NCBI GenBank assembly: GCA_020073245.1
Contig: JAIQFQ010000004.1
Location: forward strand, 24,181 to 88,180
Reading direction: 5' to 3'
DNA from: Terriglobia bacterium
GTDB lineage: Bacteria; Acidobacteriota; Thermoanaerobaculia; Thermoanaerobaculales; Thermoanaerobaculaceae
DNA: 64,000 nucleotides
The first letter of the stretch is position 1; every line of letters starts with the position of its first letter. The position numbers and the translations under genes were made by a program. Under the pieces are notes generated by a model that worked only from the letters and a program-made list of their open reading frames with translations, had not been told where the DNA came from and did not search any database. Positions 1 to 9,050 of this stretch are shown one piece after another.

Positions 1-826
1 AAGCATCACCACGCTCCCGGGGCGCAGGCCACAACTCGAGGCGCTCGGCATAGGGGATGGGTGTGAGCGTTCGCGCGCGGGCCGCTGCCGCGCGTGAGCT
101 CCGGGCTACCAGGAGCGCCTCCTCTAGGGCCGGTGCCGGGCCCGCCAGAGTGCTCCCACGAGGGTCGACCGCCCACGACGCGCCGCCGAAGAGGATTCCC
201 TCTTCCCAACCGCAGCGGTTTGTGAAGAACACCGGCGTCACGGTGGTGATGGCGATGGCACCGAGGATCCAGTGCCACCTGCGCCCTCCGGCAGGTTCGC
301 CGCCGAGGTCGAGCTCGGTGGGGCCGCCGGAGATCACCATGAATCCGTCGAGGTTGGCTCGTGACAGGATCACGCTGGACGAGAGGTGCCACGCGTCCTC
401 ACAGATAAGGACCCCGAACCGCCCGAGCGAACAGGTCAGCGGCTCGAGGCACGGCCCGGGGATGAAGTACCTCCCCTCATCGAACATCCCGTAGGTTGGA
501 AGGTACAGCTTGCGGTGGACGCCGCGAATCTCGCCACCCTCGAGCAGCACCGCAGCGTTCGAGATGCCTCCGTGTTGCTCGCGCAGTGGCATGCCAACCA
601 GCAGCACCGTCTCTCGGCTCGCCTTCAGCAACGGCTCGAGGCGAGAATCGTCGAGCCTCAACGCGTGTTCGAGAACGCCGTGTGCGAGGAGGTAGCCAGA
701 CAGGGAAAGTTCCGGAAACACCACCATCTGAGCGCCCGCTCGACGCGCCTCCGCCGCCAAAGTTAGGTGATGGTCGAGATTTCGTTGGAGCTGACCCGGA
801 CAGGTTGCAATCTGCGCCAAGGCCAC
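1..826 (-). CDS. Carbon-nitrogen hydrolase (nitrilase superfamily); 3' end runs off the left edge of the window
   Basis: Absent from the supplied ORF track because it has no stop inside the window. My translation of the minus strand from GTG 826-824 gives VALAQIATCPGQLQRNLDHHL...MVVFPELSLSGY...GVHRKLYLPTYGMFDEGRYF...FGVLICEDAWH. These are the Glu / Lys / Cys catalytic-triad contexts typical of the family. Start (GTG 826 or TTG 832) uncertain. Confidence 0.8.
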   Translation of the reverse strand, partial: MALAQIATCPGQLQRNLDHHLTLAAEARRAGAQMVVFPELSLSGYLLAHGVLEHALRLDDSRLEPLLKASRETVLLVGMPLREQHGGISNAAVLLEGGEIRGVHRKLYLPTYGMFDEGRYFIPGPCLEPLTCSLGRFGVLICEDAWHLSSSVILSRANLDGFMVISGGPTELDLGGEPAGGRRWHWILGAIAITTVTPVFFTNRCGWEEGILFGGASWAVDPRGSTLAGPAPALEEALLVARSSRAAAARARTLTPIPYAERLELWPAPRERGDA

Positions 827-882
827 GACCAATTCGGCTGGCTGCGGCGCACCTCTCCCCAAAGAAACCTCCCGCGTGAGTG

Positions 883-888
883 TAACAT
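883..888 (+). promoter_or_regulatory. Putative -10 hexamer TAACAT, 6 nt upstream of the GTG start at 895 (leaderless-type arrangement)
   Basis: TAACAT-gatgat-GTG read directly. No purine-rich SD in the spacer. One of seven instances of the same geometry in this window. Confidence 0.35.
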
Positions 889-894
889 GATGAT

Positions 895-1587
895 GTGCTG
901 ATGGTTCTTCTGCCGCTCCTGATCACGGCTTCGATGGATGTTGAACGGGTCCTGGCTGTCGTCAACGGCGTTCCCATCCTCGTCTCAGACGTAGATCTCG
1001 CCGAGGCGGCGGTGCTGGTCCCGCGACAGACCGGCGAGGACGACGCCGGCTATCGACAGACGGTAGTGAGCGCTCTCCTGGATCTCGAGTTGCGCTGGCA
1101 GGACCTCACCGCAGCCGGGATCGCACCACGGGTTCAGACGGATCTCGACGTGGCATGGCGGGCGACCGTCCAGAGGGCGGGTGGCGAGGAGGCCTTGCGT
1201 CGGCGGCTGGAGCAGATTGGCCTCGGTGAGCGTGAGCTGCGGGAGTTAGTGCGCCATGCGGCCGTGGTCCAGGCGTACGTGGCATCACGGTTTGCGCCGT
1301 TCGTGCGTCCGACGCCGCAGGAGATCGAAACTGCCTGGCGGCAGGAACTCATGCCGCAGCTCGAAAAGGCGGGCAAACACGTCCCTCCGCTTGACGATGT
1401 CCGGGGAGAGGTTGAAGCACTTCTTCGCGAGCGCAAGCTGTCGGCGGAGATCGAGCGATGGACCTCTGACCTCGCCAAGCGGGCCGAGATCGTCCGGTAT
1501 CCGCCCGCGACAGGGGGTGACGCGTCGGTTCCGCCAGCGGCCGCGACGCGTGCGAGCAGCCCGCCCCCCGCAACTCCTCGGAATTGA
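895..1587 (+). CDS. SurA N-terminal-domain-like periplasmic chaperone (hypothetical)
   Basis: 230-aa ORF with a hydrophobic N-terminus (MLMVLLPLLITAS). VERVLAVVNGVPILVSDVD... resembles the N-terminal chaperone domain of SurA/PpiD-type proteins. Pro/Ala-rich tail. Divergent from the nitrilase-family gene. Confidence 0.45.
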   Translation: MLMVLLPLLITASMDVERVLAVVNGVPILVSDVDLAEAAVLVPRQTGEDDAGYRQTVVSALLDLELRWQDLTAAGIAPRVQTDLDVAWRATVQRAGGEEALRRRLEQIGLGERELRELVRHAAVVQAYVASRFAPFVRPTPQEIETAWRQELMPQLEKAGKHVPPLDDVRGEVEALLRERKLSAEIERWTSDLAKRAEIVRYPPATGGDASVPPAAATRASSPPPATPRN

Positions 1588-1654
1588 ATCCCGGCCTCTG
1601 TCCATTTCGCAGGGGCTGACGGTTCCGGAAGCGCCTGCTTGCTCGGGCAGGCTC

Positions 1655-3727
1655 TCAGGGGCCTTCGCTCTGTTCGGCTTCCGCGGAAAGGTAGCCGGCC
1701 AACTCAGCTCCTTCGCGGACTGCGAGAACGTACTCTGCGGTCTCGCGATAGGGAATGGCGGCCGCAAACAGGACCTCGTTAGGCTCCCCTCCGAACTGTG
1801 TGAGCCAACTCGCCACCACGCCCTCACCAGCGTTGTACGCTGCGGCCACGACCGAGAGGCGGGGCCCGAACCGAGCGGCGAGTCGGTTCACCTCGCACGC
1901 GGCAAGGTGGAGTGCAAGGTCGTCATCCTTGAGGTCAGCCGGTGAGGCACCGAGCCGCCGAGCCGCCTCGGGTACAAACTGCGCCATGCCGATGGCGCCG
2001 GCCTGCGAGTAGGCTGCGGTGTCGAACCGCGACTCCTGTCGGATGATTCCCACCAGCCACGCGGCCGGGGACTCCGCATCGCGCGCCGCTGTTCTGCACC
2101 CTTCAGTCAGAGGGATCGGCAGAATTCGTCGCAGCAACGGATCCGGAAGGAGTGTCACCGGGACCCAGCCGAGCCGTTCCCACAGGTGCTCGCCGGCGGC
2201 CAATGCGGCGGGCCGGTTTCCCCAGGCTGCGAGCCTTGCCGCACTCGAGGCGATCTCGCCCAAAGAACGGACTGGGAAGGTGCTCGGGAAGAGCGTGGCG
2301 GCATCGTGCCCCATTCCGAGCGCCGCCAGCCTCTGCGCCGGGCCGGTCCAGTCGGCCGGTTCAAGCGGCTCGCCCGCCAGCAAAGGTGCCCATTCGATGT
2401 CGGTGGCGAGCGCGGCGGCAAGCGCGGCGCGGGCGGAACCCGCGCCCTGAGCCACTGCGAGGCGCGCGAGCTGTCCTAGGTCACGCGTGGGCGTCGCAGC
2501 GTCTCTTGAAGGTGGCGACGTGGGGAGCAGTTCCAGCACCGCGGCGCGCCATTCCCCGGCTCGGGGGTCGGCCACGATCGCGGCGGCCCGGGACCGTGCG
2601 TCCTCCACATCGCCGAGGCGCATCGACAGGGCAACCTTCAGGACGCGTACGACCGGAAGGCGATCGGGCAGATACGCGAGCGCCCGGCGCGCGCCGCCGA
2701 CGTCACCGTGGGCGAGGAGATTTGCAGCGAGCCGCGGCCCGGCCGTCGGCAAGACCGTTGGTGGACAGCGCGCGACCAAAGCGAGCGCCTCGTCACCTCG
2801 TCCGAGCGCGACCCGGCTCCGCGCGCCGCCGTCCCATCCCTCGACCTCGCGGGGACCGGCCGTGCGCGCCGTGTCCCACAGAGCGAGCGCACCCTCGAAG
2901 TCTCCCGCAAGCTCGGCTGTCCGGGCGCGCTGGACTGCGGTTTCGAACCGTTCCTCATCCGATCGTGCCGCCTCCAGTGCCTTGTCGTACGCCGCTGCCG
3001 CACGGGCAAGATCGCCGAGGCGGTACGCAGCGCGACCGCGCAGGAACGCCCACCGCCAGGACAGCCGAGGCTCGGTCGGGCAGGCCATGGCGGCGAGCAA
3101 TCCATCGGCCTCACGCCAGGCTCCACCAGCCAGGAGCGCCTCGGCAACCGCAAGCGAGTCCTTGGAACGGAGGCCGTCCCTTCCCACAAGCCACTGGGCC
3201 GCTCGCAGAGCAGCCTGGTCGCCCACGCTTTCGGTAAGGATGCGAAGGGCGCCGGCTCGGTCGCCTGCGCGCACGGCGATGAGGGCCGCAAGGTCGCGTC
3301 GCAGCGGCCTTTGAAGCATGGCCCGTGGCACCCGGCGCACTGTCGGGAGGGGAAGGGTTTCCCAGGCGGCCCGAAGGCACGCGGATGCGGCCCGGCGCGG
3401 AGCGGGCGGAGCGGATCGCGCCATCAGCGGCGAAACGAACGGCCATGGGTCCTGGCCAAGTGCGGCTGCCACCCCGGCTGCCTCGAGTCGGAGTGCGGCG
3501 CTCAACTCACCGGCGCGTGGGATCGCGGCACGGAGGATCTCCAGCGCCTGCTTCGGCTCGCCGATGCCACGGGCCGCCCGAGCCGCCGCGAGTGCAACCT
3601 CCGGGGGCAGCGGGCGCGGGAAGGCAGCCGCCATCGTGCGAACCTCGGCCCAGCGGCGCCCCTGCACGGCCTCCGCGAGGGTCGGAGCCGGAGGAAGCGA
3701 CGCCGCAGGCGTCATCCCGGTGGCCAC
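1655..3727 (-). CDS. Soluble lytic murein transglycosylase (SLT domain) with long helical-repeat N-terminal region
   Basis: 690-aa ORF. The C-terminal part has QESRFDTAAYSQAGAIGMAQFVPEAA and AAYNAGEG motifs of family-1 lytic transglycosylases. The Ala/Leu/Arg-rich N-terminal region is consistent with superhelical repeats. Confidence 0.85.
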   Translation of the reverse strand: MATGMTPAASLPPAPTLAEAVQGRRWAEVRTMAAAFPRPLPPEVALAAARAARGIGEPKQALEILRAAIPRAGELSAALRLEAAGVAAALGQDPWPFVSPLMARSAPPAPRRAASACLRAAWETLPLPTVRRVPRAMLQRPLRRDLAALIAVRAGDRAGALRILTESVGDQAALRAAQWLVGRDGLRSKDSLAVAEALLAGGAWREADGLLAAMACPTEPRLSWRWAFLRGRAAYRLGDLARAAAAYDKALEAARSDEERFETAVQRARTAELAGDFEGALALWDTARTAGPREVEGWDGGARSRVALGRGDEALALVARCPPTVLPTAGPRLAANLLAHGDVGGARRALAYLPDRLPVVRVLKVALSMRLGDVEDARSRAAAIVADPRAGEWRAAVLELLPTSPPSRDAATPTRDLGQLARLAVAQGAGSARAALAAALATDIEWAPLLAGEPLEPADWTGPAQRLAALGMGHDAATLFPSTFPVRSLGEIASSAARLAAWGNRPAALAAGEHLWERLGWVPVTLLPDPLLRRILPIPLTEGCRTAARDAESPAAWLVGIIRQESRFDTAAYSQAGAIGMAQFVPEAARRLGASPADLKDDDLALHLAACEVNRLAARFGPRLSVVAAAYNAGEGVVASWLTQFGGEPNEVLFAAAIPYRETAEYVLAVREGAELAGYLSAEAEQSEGP

Positions 3728-4056
3728 CCCATCGGGCGACCGCCGAGCACGTGAAGGTGGAGGTGAGGCACGCTTTGGCCCGCCCCTGCGCCGATGTTGG
3801 TTACGACCCGATAGCCGGTGGTGGCGATTCCCGTACGCCTGGCCACCTCCGCGGCGGCGAGAAAGAGGTGGCCGAGGATGCCACGGTCGCCATCGTCCGC
3901 GTGGGCAAGCGACACAACGTGGCGGCGGGGGATGACCAGCACATGGACCGGGGCGCGCGGAGTGATGTCGTGGAATGCGATCACCTCATCGTCGGCGAAG
4001 AGAATGCGCGCTGGCGCGGTTCCTTCGACGACCAGGCAGAACACACAGCTCTTCAT
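3712..4056 (-). CDS. HIT-family (histidine triad) nucleotide hydrolase
   Basis: 114 aa, CVFC near the N-terminus, HVLVIPRRH, and the triad HLHLHVLGG near the C-terminus. Overlaps the start of the downstream transglycosylase gene by 16 nt (operon). Confidence 0.9.
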   Translation of the reverse strand: MKSCVFCLVVEGTAPARILFADDEVIAFHDITPRAPVHVLVIPRRHVVSLAHADDGDRGILGHLFLAAAEVARRTGIATTGYRVVTNIGAGAGQSVPHLHLHVLGGRPMGWPPG

Positions 4057-4190
4057 GCAGGGAAGAATAGCAAGGCGAGAGCTTCAGTGAAGAGTGAGGA
4101 GTTGAAAGACGGTTGGCCAACCCTCCGGTCCGGTCGTCGGGCGGATACCCTTCCGGTCCGAACCCTGAATCGGCGACTCTCAGTCGGTTC

Positions 4191-5462
4191 CTACAGGTAA
4201 GGCCCGGGGTTAAAACGCTCGATCTCGGCGCCCAGCCCGTTGAGCTTGATCTCCATCGCCTCGTAGCCGCGGTCGAGGTGGTAGATGCGGTCGACCACGG
4301 TGTCGCCCTTGGCCACGAGACCGGCCAGAACGAGGCTGGCCGACGCCCGCAGATCGGAAGCCATGACCGCTGCGCCATCGAGGGGCGTGGGACCGTGAAC
4401 CTGGGCGGTTCGACCCTCGACCTCGATCGAGGCCCCCAAGCGTTTGAGCTCGAGAACGTGCTGGAACCGGTTCTCGAAGATCGCTTCGGTGATAGCGCTC
4501 GTGCCCTCAGCCTGCGTTGCGAGGGTGAGGAACTGCGCCTGCAGATCCGTGGCAAAACCGGGGTACTCGGCGGTGACGAGGGAAGCGGCGCGTGGCGGCA
4601 CCGCTTGTTCGGGCACCTCGATCGTGTCGGCCAGGACTGACAGGCTCACGCCCACTTCTCGAAGGACCGCGAGCAAGGCACCCAACTGGTCTGGCCGGCA
4701 CCCTGAGATCTTCACGCCGGCACCGGCCAGGACGGCAGCGATCACATAGGTGCCAGCCTCGATGCGGTCGGGGACGATCGTGTGGGCGGCACCGCGGAGC
4801 GCGTCGACGCCTTCGACTTCAATCGTGGAAGTAGCGATTCCGACGATCCGGGCACCCATTGCGGTCAGCAATTGAGCCAGGTCCGTCACCTCCGGTTCGA
4901 GAGCGCAGTTCCTGAGGATCGTGCGGCCCCGTGCGAGGGCCGCCGCCATGAGGAGGTTCTCGGTCCCGGTGACGGTGACTCGCGGAAAATCGATCTCGGC
5001 GCCGCGCAGGCCCTGCGGGGCCTCGCCCACCACGTCGCCGCTTTCCACCCGCAGGTCGGCGCCCAGACGTGCCAGCGCCTGGAGGTGAAAGTCCACGGGG
5101 CGTGCGCCGATCGCGCAGCCACCCGGAAGCGCCACGCGGGCGCGGCGCCGCCGGGCGAGCAGCGGTCCGAGCACCAGCACCGACGCGCGCATGGTGCGCA
5201 CCAGCTCGTAGGGCGCGTGGAACGCATCGCCTCGTCCCGCGATCGCGCGTGTGACACCGTCGTGCTGCTCACACGATTCGCCCAGGGCCGCCAGCACCTT
5301 CTCCATCGTGATGATGTCCCGCACCCGTGGGAGACCGTACAGGTCGACCGGCTCTGACGTCAGAAGCGTCGCTGCCAGGCAAGGAAGCGCTGCGTTCTTA
5401 GCCCCCGAGATGCGGACCTCCCCTCTCAGGCGCCTTCCGCCACGAATTCGGAACTTCTCCAT
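4191..5462 (-). CDS. murA: UDP-N-acetylglucosamine 1-carboxyvinyltransferase
   Basis: 423 aa. [27 protein letters not shown] at the N-terminus, active-site context [19 protein letters not shown]-synthase-fold length. Confidence 0.95.
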   Translation of the reverse strand: MEKFRIRGGRRLRGEVRISGAKNAALPCLAATLLTSEPVDLYGLPRVRDIITMEKVLAALGESCEQHDGVTRAIAGRGDAFHAPYELVRTMRASVLVLGPLLARRRRARVALPGGCAIGARPVDFHLQALARLGADLRVESGDVVGEAPQGLRGAEIDFPRVTVTGTENLLMAAALARGRTILRNCALEPEVTDLAQLLTAMGARIVGIATSTIEVEGVDALRGAAHTIVPDRIEAGTYVIAAVLAGAGVKISGCRPDQLGALLAVLREVGVSLSVLADTIEVPEQAVPPRAASLVTAEYPGFATDLQAQFLTLATQAEGTSAITEAIFENRFQHVLELKRLGASIEVEGRTAQVHGPTPLDGAAVMASDLRASASLVLAGLVAKGDTVVDRIYHLDRGYEAMEIKLNGLGAEIERFNPGPYL

Positions 5463-5471
5463 CGCGCGGGG

Positions 5472-5500
5472 AGTGTCGGCCTCTTGGAGAGCTTCGTCAA
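5472..5500 (-). promoter_or_regulatory. Putative sigma70-type promoter of murA: TTGACG - 17 nt - GACACT, with the -10 ending 9 nt before the ATG
   Basis: Minus-strand reading cTTGACGaagctctccaagaggccGACACTccccgcgcgATG. The -35 is the reverse complement of 5495-5500 and the -10 of 5472-5477. Confidence 0.4.
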
Positions 5501-5540
5501 GACGACCCGGTCAGGAGGCCAAGGGAGGAGGGGATGCCCC

Positions 5541-5546
5541 TACAAT
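5541..5546 (+). promoter_or_regulatory. Putative -10 hexamer TACAAT, 6 nt upstream of the GTG start at 5553 (leaderless-type arrangement)
   Basis: TACAAT-cgagcg-GTG read directly. No SD in the spacer. Confidence 0.45.
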
Positions 5547-5552
5547 CGAGCG

Positions 5553-5807
5553 GTGACGACGGTTCGTGAGCTTCTCAACCGGTTACGGTGGGACGCCGCC
5601 GCCCAGGCGCGGGGCGTGGTGATCGAGGTGCGTACGCGGGAACGCGGTGCCGAGAGACTGGCGGTGGTCGCATTCGAGTCGGTGGTAGAAATACTGCCGC
5701 AGGGGGTGACGGTGGCCGGCGAGACCTTCCTGCCCTACCATCGGTTCGTTCGGGTGCGACGTGGGCCGGAGGTTCTCTGGCCACCGGCCGAGGGGACGGC
5801 ACCATGA
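5553..5807 (+). CDS. DUF504-family small protein
   Basis: The tracked ORF 5484..5807 is trimmed to GTG 5553. VTTVRELLNRLRWD...FLPYHRFVRV matches my memory of the DUF504/UPF0248 pattern (N-terminal LNRL.WD and C-terminal IP.HRI). Its stop overlaps the rnc ATG (ATGA at 5804-5807). Confidence 0.6.
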   Translation: MTTVRELLNRLRWDAAAQARGVVIEVRTRERGAERLAVVAFESVVEILPQGVTVAGETFLPYHRFVRVRRGPEVLWPPAEGTAP

Positions 5808-6514
5808 GGCGGAAAACCGCGTTACTGAGGCTCCAGCGGGCTCTCGGGTATCGGTTTGCCGACACGGAGCTCCTCGAACAGGCCCTGCGGCACCGCTCCG
5901 CCGCACACGAGCAGGGCGTTCCCTCCTTCGAGCGTCTGGAATTTCTCGGAGATGCGGCTCTGTCCCATGCGGTGGCTGCGCTCCTGTTTGCGCGCTGGGC
6001 GGATGCGACCGAGGGTCAGCTGACGCGCGCTCGCGCGGCGCTGGTTCGGGAGGGAACACTCGCGTCGCTCGCGGAGCGGCTCGGCCTGCCGGCAGCCCTC
6101 GAGCTCGGTAGCGGCCTCGACGTCGAGAACCCCGGGGCCGCGTTGCTGGCCGACGCGCTGGAGGCCGTGCTGGGAGCCGTGCTCCTGGACGGAGGGTGGC
6201 GAGCATTTCGGGCAGCGATCGCCAGGTCGTTCGCTCCCCTTCTGGCCTCCCTGGACCCGGCGCAGCTCCCTCTCGAGGAACCGAAGTCCACACTCCAGGA
6301 ACTGGCGCAAAGGCACGGCAACCCTCTCCCGGTCTACCGCGAGGTTGAAGTTCGCGGTCCGGCCCACCGCCAGGTCTTCGTGTTCGAGGTCGAGCTCGAT
6401 GGGCACGTGATTGGGTGGGGCGAGGGGTCGTCGAAGAAGGCGGCCCAGCAAGAGGCCGCCCGCAACGCCCTCGAAGCCCTCGGCAACCCCGCAACCTCCG
6501 AGACGAGCGACTGA
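5804..6514 (+). CDS. rnc: Ribonuclease III
   Basis: ATG 5804 within tracked ORF 5588..6514. LGYRFADTELLEQALRHRS, signature ERLEFLGDAAL, and a C-terminal dsRBD (KSTLQELAQ...GSSKKAAQQEAA). Confidence 0.93.
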   Translation: MRRKTALLRLQRALGYRFADTELLEQALRHRSAAHEQGVPSFERLEFLGDAALSHAVAALLFARWADATEGQLTRARAALVREGTLASLAERLGLPAALELGSGLDVENPGAALLADALEAVLGAVLLDGGWRAFRAAIARSFAPLLASLDPAQLPLEEPKSTLQELAQRHGNPLPVYREVEVRGPAHRQVFVFEVELDGHVIGWGEGSSKKAAQQEAARNALEALGNPATSETSD

Positions 6515-6586
6515 TCTCGGTGTTCCCTCTCTGGGGGGGCGGGGGAAGACTGTCGGCTGTCAACGGGGTGGGTGGATGGGCCGTAC

Positions 6587-7630
6587 CTAACGGGCGGCGG
6601 TGACCTCCGCGGGACCGAGGCCAGGGATTCGGAGCTGGGCCAACTCCTGCACGAGCCTGAGCTCGAGAGGTCGGGTTGCATACAGGAGCGACGGGGTCCC
6701 GTCCCAGTGAGCACGAAAGTCCGCTGCCAGCTGGTCGCACCAGGTCAGGAACGGCGTGGGCTCGAACAGGAGGTCGCGCTGAGCCGCTGAGGCGTCGAGC
6801 ACGATGTCGTGGTCATGAGTGTAGGGCGAGAACGTGGTGCCGAGGTTGAGCCGAGCGAGCCACTCCGACGGGACGGCAACCAGTGTCGGCCGTAACCCCA
6901 GATTGGCGCCTGCGGTTTCGACAAACTGTTTCAACGACACGATCTCGCGCTGAGCGAGATTGTATGCTCGCCCGAACGAATTGGAGTTCATGAGGTTGGC
7001 TGCAACTATCTCGGCCACGTCCGCGACCCAGAGAAACCCCCAAGAGTTCAATCCGCCGTCGGGGAGGATGAGCGGCCCGCCGTCCACGAGGCGCTCCAGG
7101 TACGTCTGGGCGCGTCCGGTGTAGTCGCTCGGCCCCACGACCATCGGGAGGCGCAGGGTGGTGAAGGGGAACTGCTCCGTCTCCCAGGCGTGGGCGAGCA
7201 CCAACTCGCAACGGCGCTTGTGGTACGCGTACGTCCACGAAGGGCCGCTCGCTTCAGTTTTGGGAGCCAGACGTCCCGAGAAATCCTCCTCCCGGAACGG
7301 CGCCAAGATGCGGTCGCGGATGAGGTAGACCGATGCGGTCGAAACGTGGATGAAGTGCCCGATTCGACCCGAGAGCTTCTCGATCGCCGTCCGCGTGTCC
7401 TCCTCGCGGAAGGCGATGACGTCCACGACGACATCGAAATCCCGTCGCGCCACCGCCCGCTGCAGCACCTGAGGGTCGGAACGATCGCCGATGACGCGGC
7501 TCACACGGGCGCCGAACGGATCAGGGGTATGGCCGCGGTTCAGGAGCGTGATGCGGTGGCCATCCATGAGCAGGCGCTGAACGACTGAGAGGCCGATGAA
7601 CCGGCTGCCCCCGATGACCAGCACGTGCAT
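6587..7630 (-). CDS. NAD-dependent epimerase/dehydratase family (extended SDR)
   Basis: 347 aa. N-terminal Rossmann motif MHVLVIGGSRFIGLSVV. Length and layout of extended SDRs. Confidence 0.85.
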   Translation of the reverse strand: MHVLVIGGSRFIGLSVVQRLLMDGHRITLLNRGHTPDPFGARVSRVIGDRSDPQVLQRAVARRDFDVVVDVIAFREEDTRTAIEKLSGRIGHFIHVSTASVYLIRDRILAPFREEDFSGRLAPKTEASGPSWTYAYHKRRCELVLAHAWETEQFPFTTLRLPMVVGPSDYTGRAQTYLERLVDGGPLILPDGGLNSWGFLWVADVAEIVAANLMNSNSFGRAYNLAQREIVSLKQFVETAGANLGLRPTLVAVPSEWLARLNLGTTFSPYTHDHDIVLDASAAQRDLLFEPTPFLTWCDQLAADFRAHWDGTPSLLYATRPLELRLVQELAQLRIPGLGPAEVTAAR

Positions 7631-7636
7631 AGCAGA

Positions 7637-7642
7637 ATTCTA
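7637..7642 (-). promoter_or_regulatory. Putative -10 hexamer TAGAAT, 6 nt upstream of the ATG at 7630 (leaderless-type); overlaps the TAG stop of the upstream gene
   Basis: Minus-strand reading TAGAAT-tctgct-ATG. The TAG of the hexamer is the stop codon (7642-7640) of CDS 7640..9013. Confidence 0.45.
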
Positions 7643-9013
7643 CCTTTGTTCCCGCCTGGGCCTAGCCGCGCGTTCGGCCGCCCTCCGGGCAGAGGCGAGC
7701 GCCGTCTTCACCGCAGGATCTGCCGCGAGCGCGGGTTCTTCCTCGGTTTCTTCCGGGGTGATCAGCTCTCCAGCCGCCAGGCCCACGAGACGAGAGAGGC
7801 GGGCACCCTGGTGGTGGGCGGGGGTCAAGCTCAGCGCAGCGAGAAGCACCTCGGGCATGCCGGCTGCCAGGCCGGCGGCCTGACCGACCAGCGGCAGCAG
7901 GTGACGGATCGCGCACCGCTGGAGCGCCGGGCCGGCCATTGCCGACGTGCCGAGGCCCGTCGCGACGAGCTCCAGAATGACTATTGCCAACGCCCCAGAC
8001 GTTGTAGCTACATCGTCCGACAGGTCTACAACCGACGCGAGCCTTCGGGCCGCAGCAATTCGGGAGAGAGTCGCCCGCCGGATGGCCGCGTCGGTTTCCG
8101 AACGGCTCTCACGCCGCCACCGCGGGTTCTCGAGGATCAGACGGACCCAGACTGCGGCGTCGGCGCCCGCGAGCTGCCATGCCTCATCGGCACCGGCGGC
8201 ACTGGCGACACCGGGCACGCTCAGGCCGTTGACCAGAGAGAGAAGGTTCCAAGCCAGCGTCGGAGAGTCCTCGAGCCGCACCGACTTGCCGCTTTTGAGG
8301 CGGCGCTCCACACGCTCGGCGTCGTCTGGTCCGATCGGCAGCAGGGGCGACCCCTGGACCACCCATCGGTTGAGGAGGTCTCCGACCGCGAGAAACGTGC
8401 GGTGAGCTTCAGCGAGCGCGCCGGGGTCTACCAGCTCACCTTGCAGCTCACCGACGATGTGCCAGAAGAGCGCCTCGATCGTCTTCGAATCCAGCGTCGC
8501 GTTGGGAGCGGCGGAGCTTCTTTCGCTGGGTGGGTGCGTGTCCGCCCGGTAGGCAGCCTGCATGATCAGGTTCCGGCAGTCCATCTCGAGGTCGACGTGC
8601 TTTCGGTCGGCAACGGACCGCGTGGGGTCGAAAGTGAAGAAGACCTGATCCTGGTGGAGCACACGGCTGACGAGCGCGGTAGCCAGAGCGCGGCCGGCTT
8701 CCACCAGCGTCTCGTGGGCAATGCCCGCCTGGCGCTCGAGCACCACGGTGAAGAGCTCCCCCCGGGTCTGGGACAGCACCAGGGCCCGAAGCAGCGCCTC
8801 CCGCGATGCGACCCCTCGGTACAACAGCCACGAACCGAGGCGTTCGGAGGCGTACGACGAGGAGGCAAACGCCACCCTGCCGCAGTACAGGTCAAACTCT
8901 CGGGTCACGTCACCAGTGGTGAGCAAGAGGCGTCCGGTGGCGTGAGTGAGGTGGAGCCACTCGAGAAGATCGCCAAGGTACAGTCGGTCCAAGGTCCCCG
9001 AGATGGTCAGCAT
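7640..9013 (-). CDS. DUF4388-domain protein (N-terminal), otherwise hypothetical
   Basis: 457 aa. N-terminus MLTISGTLDRLYLGDLLEWLHLTHATGRLLL matches the G.L..(F/L)...LLQ.L......G.L pattern of DUF4388. The same pattern recurs at the C-terminus of CDS 47947..50397. Confidence 0.55.
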   Translation of the reverse strand: MLTISGTLDRLYLGDLLEWLHLTHATGRLLLTTGDVTREFDLYCGRVAFASSSYASERLGSWLLYRGVASREALLRALVLSQTRGELFTVVLERQAGIAHETLVEAGRALATALVSRVLHQDQVFFTFDPTRSVADRKHVDLEMDCRNLIMQAAYRADTHPPSERSSAAPNATLDSKTIEALFWHIVGELQGELVDPGALAEAHRTFLAVGDLLNRWVVQGSPLLPIGPDDAERVERRLKSGKSVRLEDSPTLAWNLLSLVNGLSVPGVASAAGADEAWQLAGADAAVWVRLILENPRWRRESRSETDAAIRRATLSRIAAARRLASVVDLSDDVATTSGALAIVILELVATGLGTSAMAGPALQRCAIRHLLPLVGQAAGLAAGMPEVLLAALSLTPAHHQGARLSRLVGLAAGELITPEETEEEPALAADPAVKTALASARRAAERAARPRREQR

Positions 9014-9050
9014 CGTTTCTCAGTATGACCCAAAGGCAGCCCACAGGGAA

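Noticed and set aside
4059-4190. GA-rich stretch with GTGAAGAGT plus direct repeats CCCTCCGGTCCG / CCCTTCCGGTCCG between murA and the HIT gene, as a sixth heptad dyad copy
   Set aside because: The right-hand part is not pyrimidine-rich and does not mirror the left arm. Heptad periodicity is poor. It is mentioned only as a possible degenerate relative under the copy E finding.
5588-5803. Long N-terminal extensions of tracked ORFs (for example rnc from 5588, pstA from 18496, pstB from 19452, PHP from 25075, GT21 from 27599, DUF523 from 31512, PPDK_N protein from 39516)
   Set aside because: The extensions overlap upstream genes or intergenic DNA and are Arg/Gly/Pro-rich. They precede better starts with SDs, overlapping stop/start junctions, or the -10-N6 geometry. 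Starts were trimmed accordingly.
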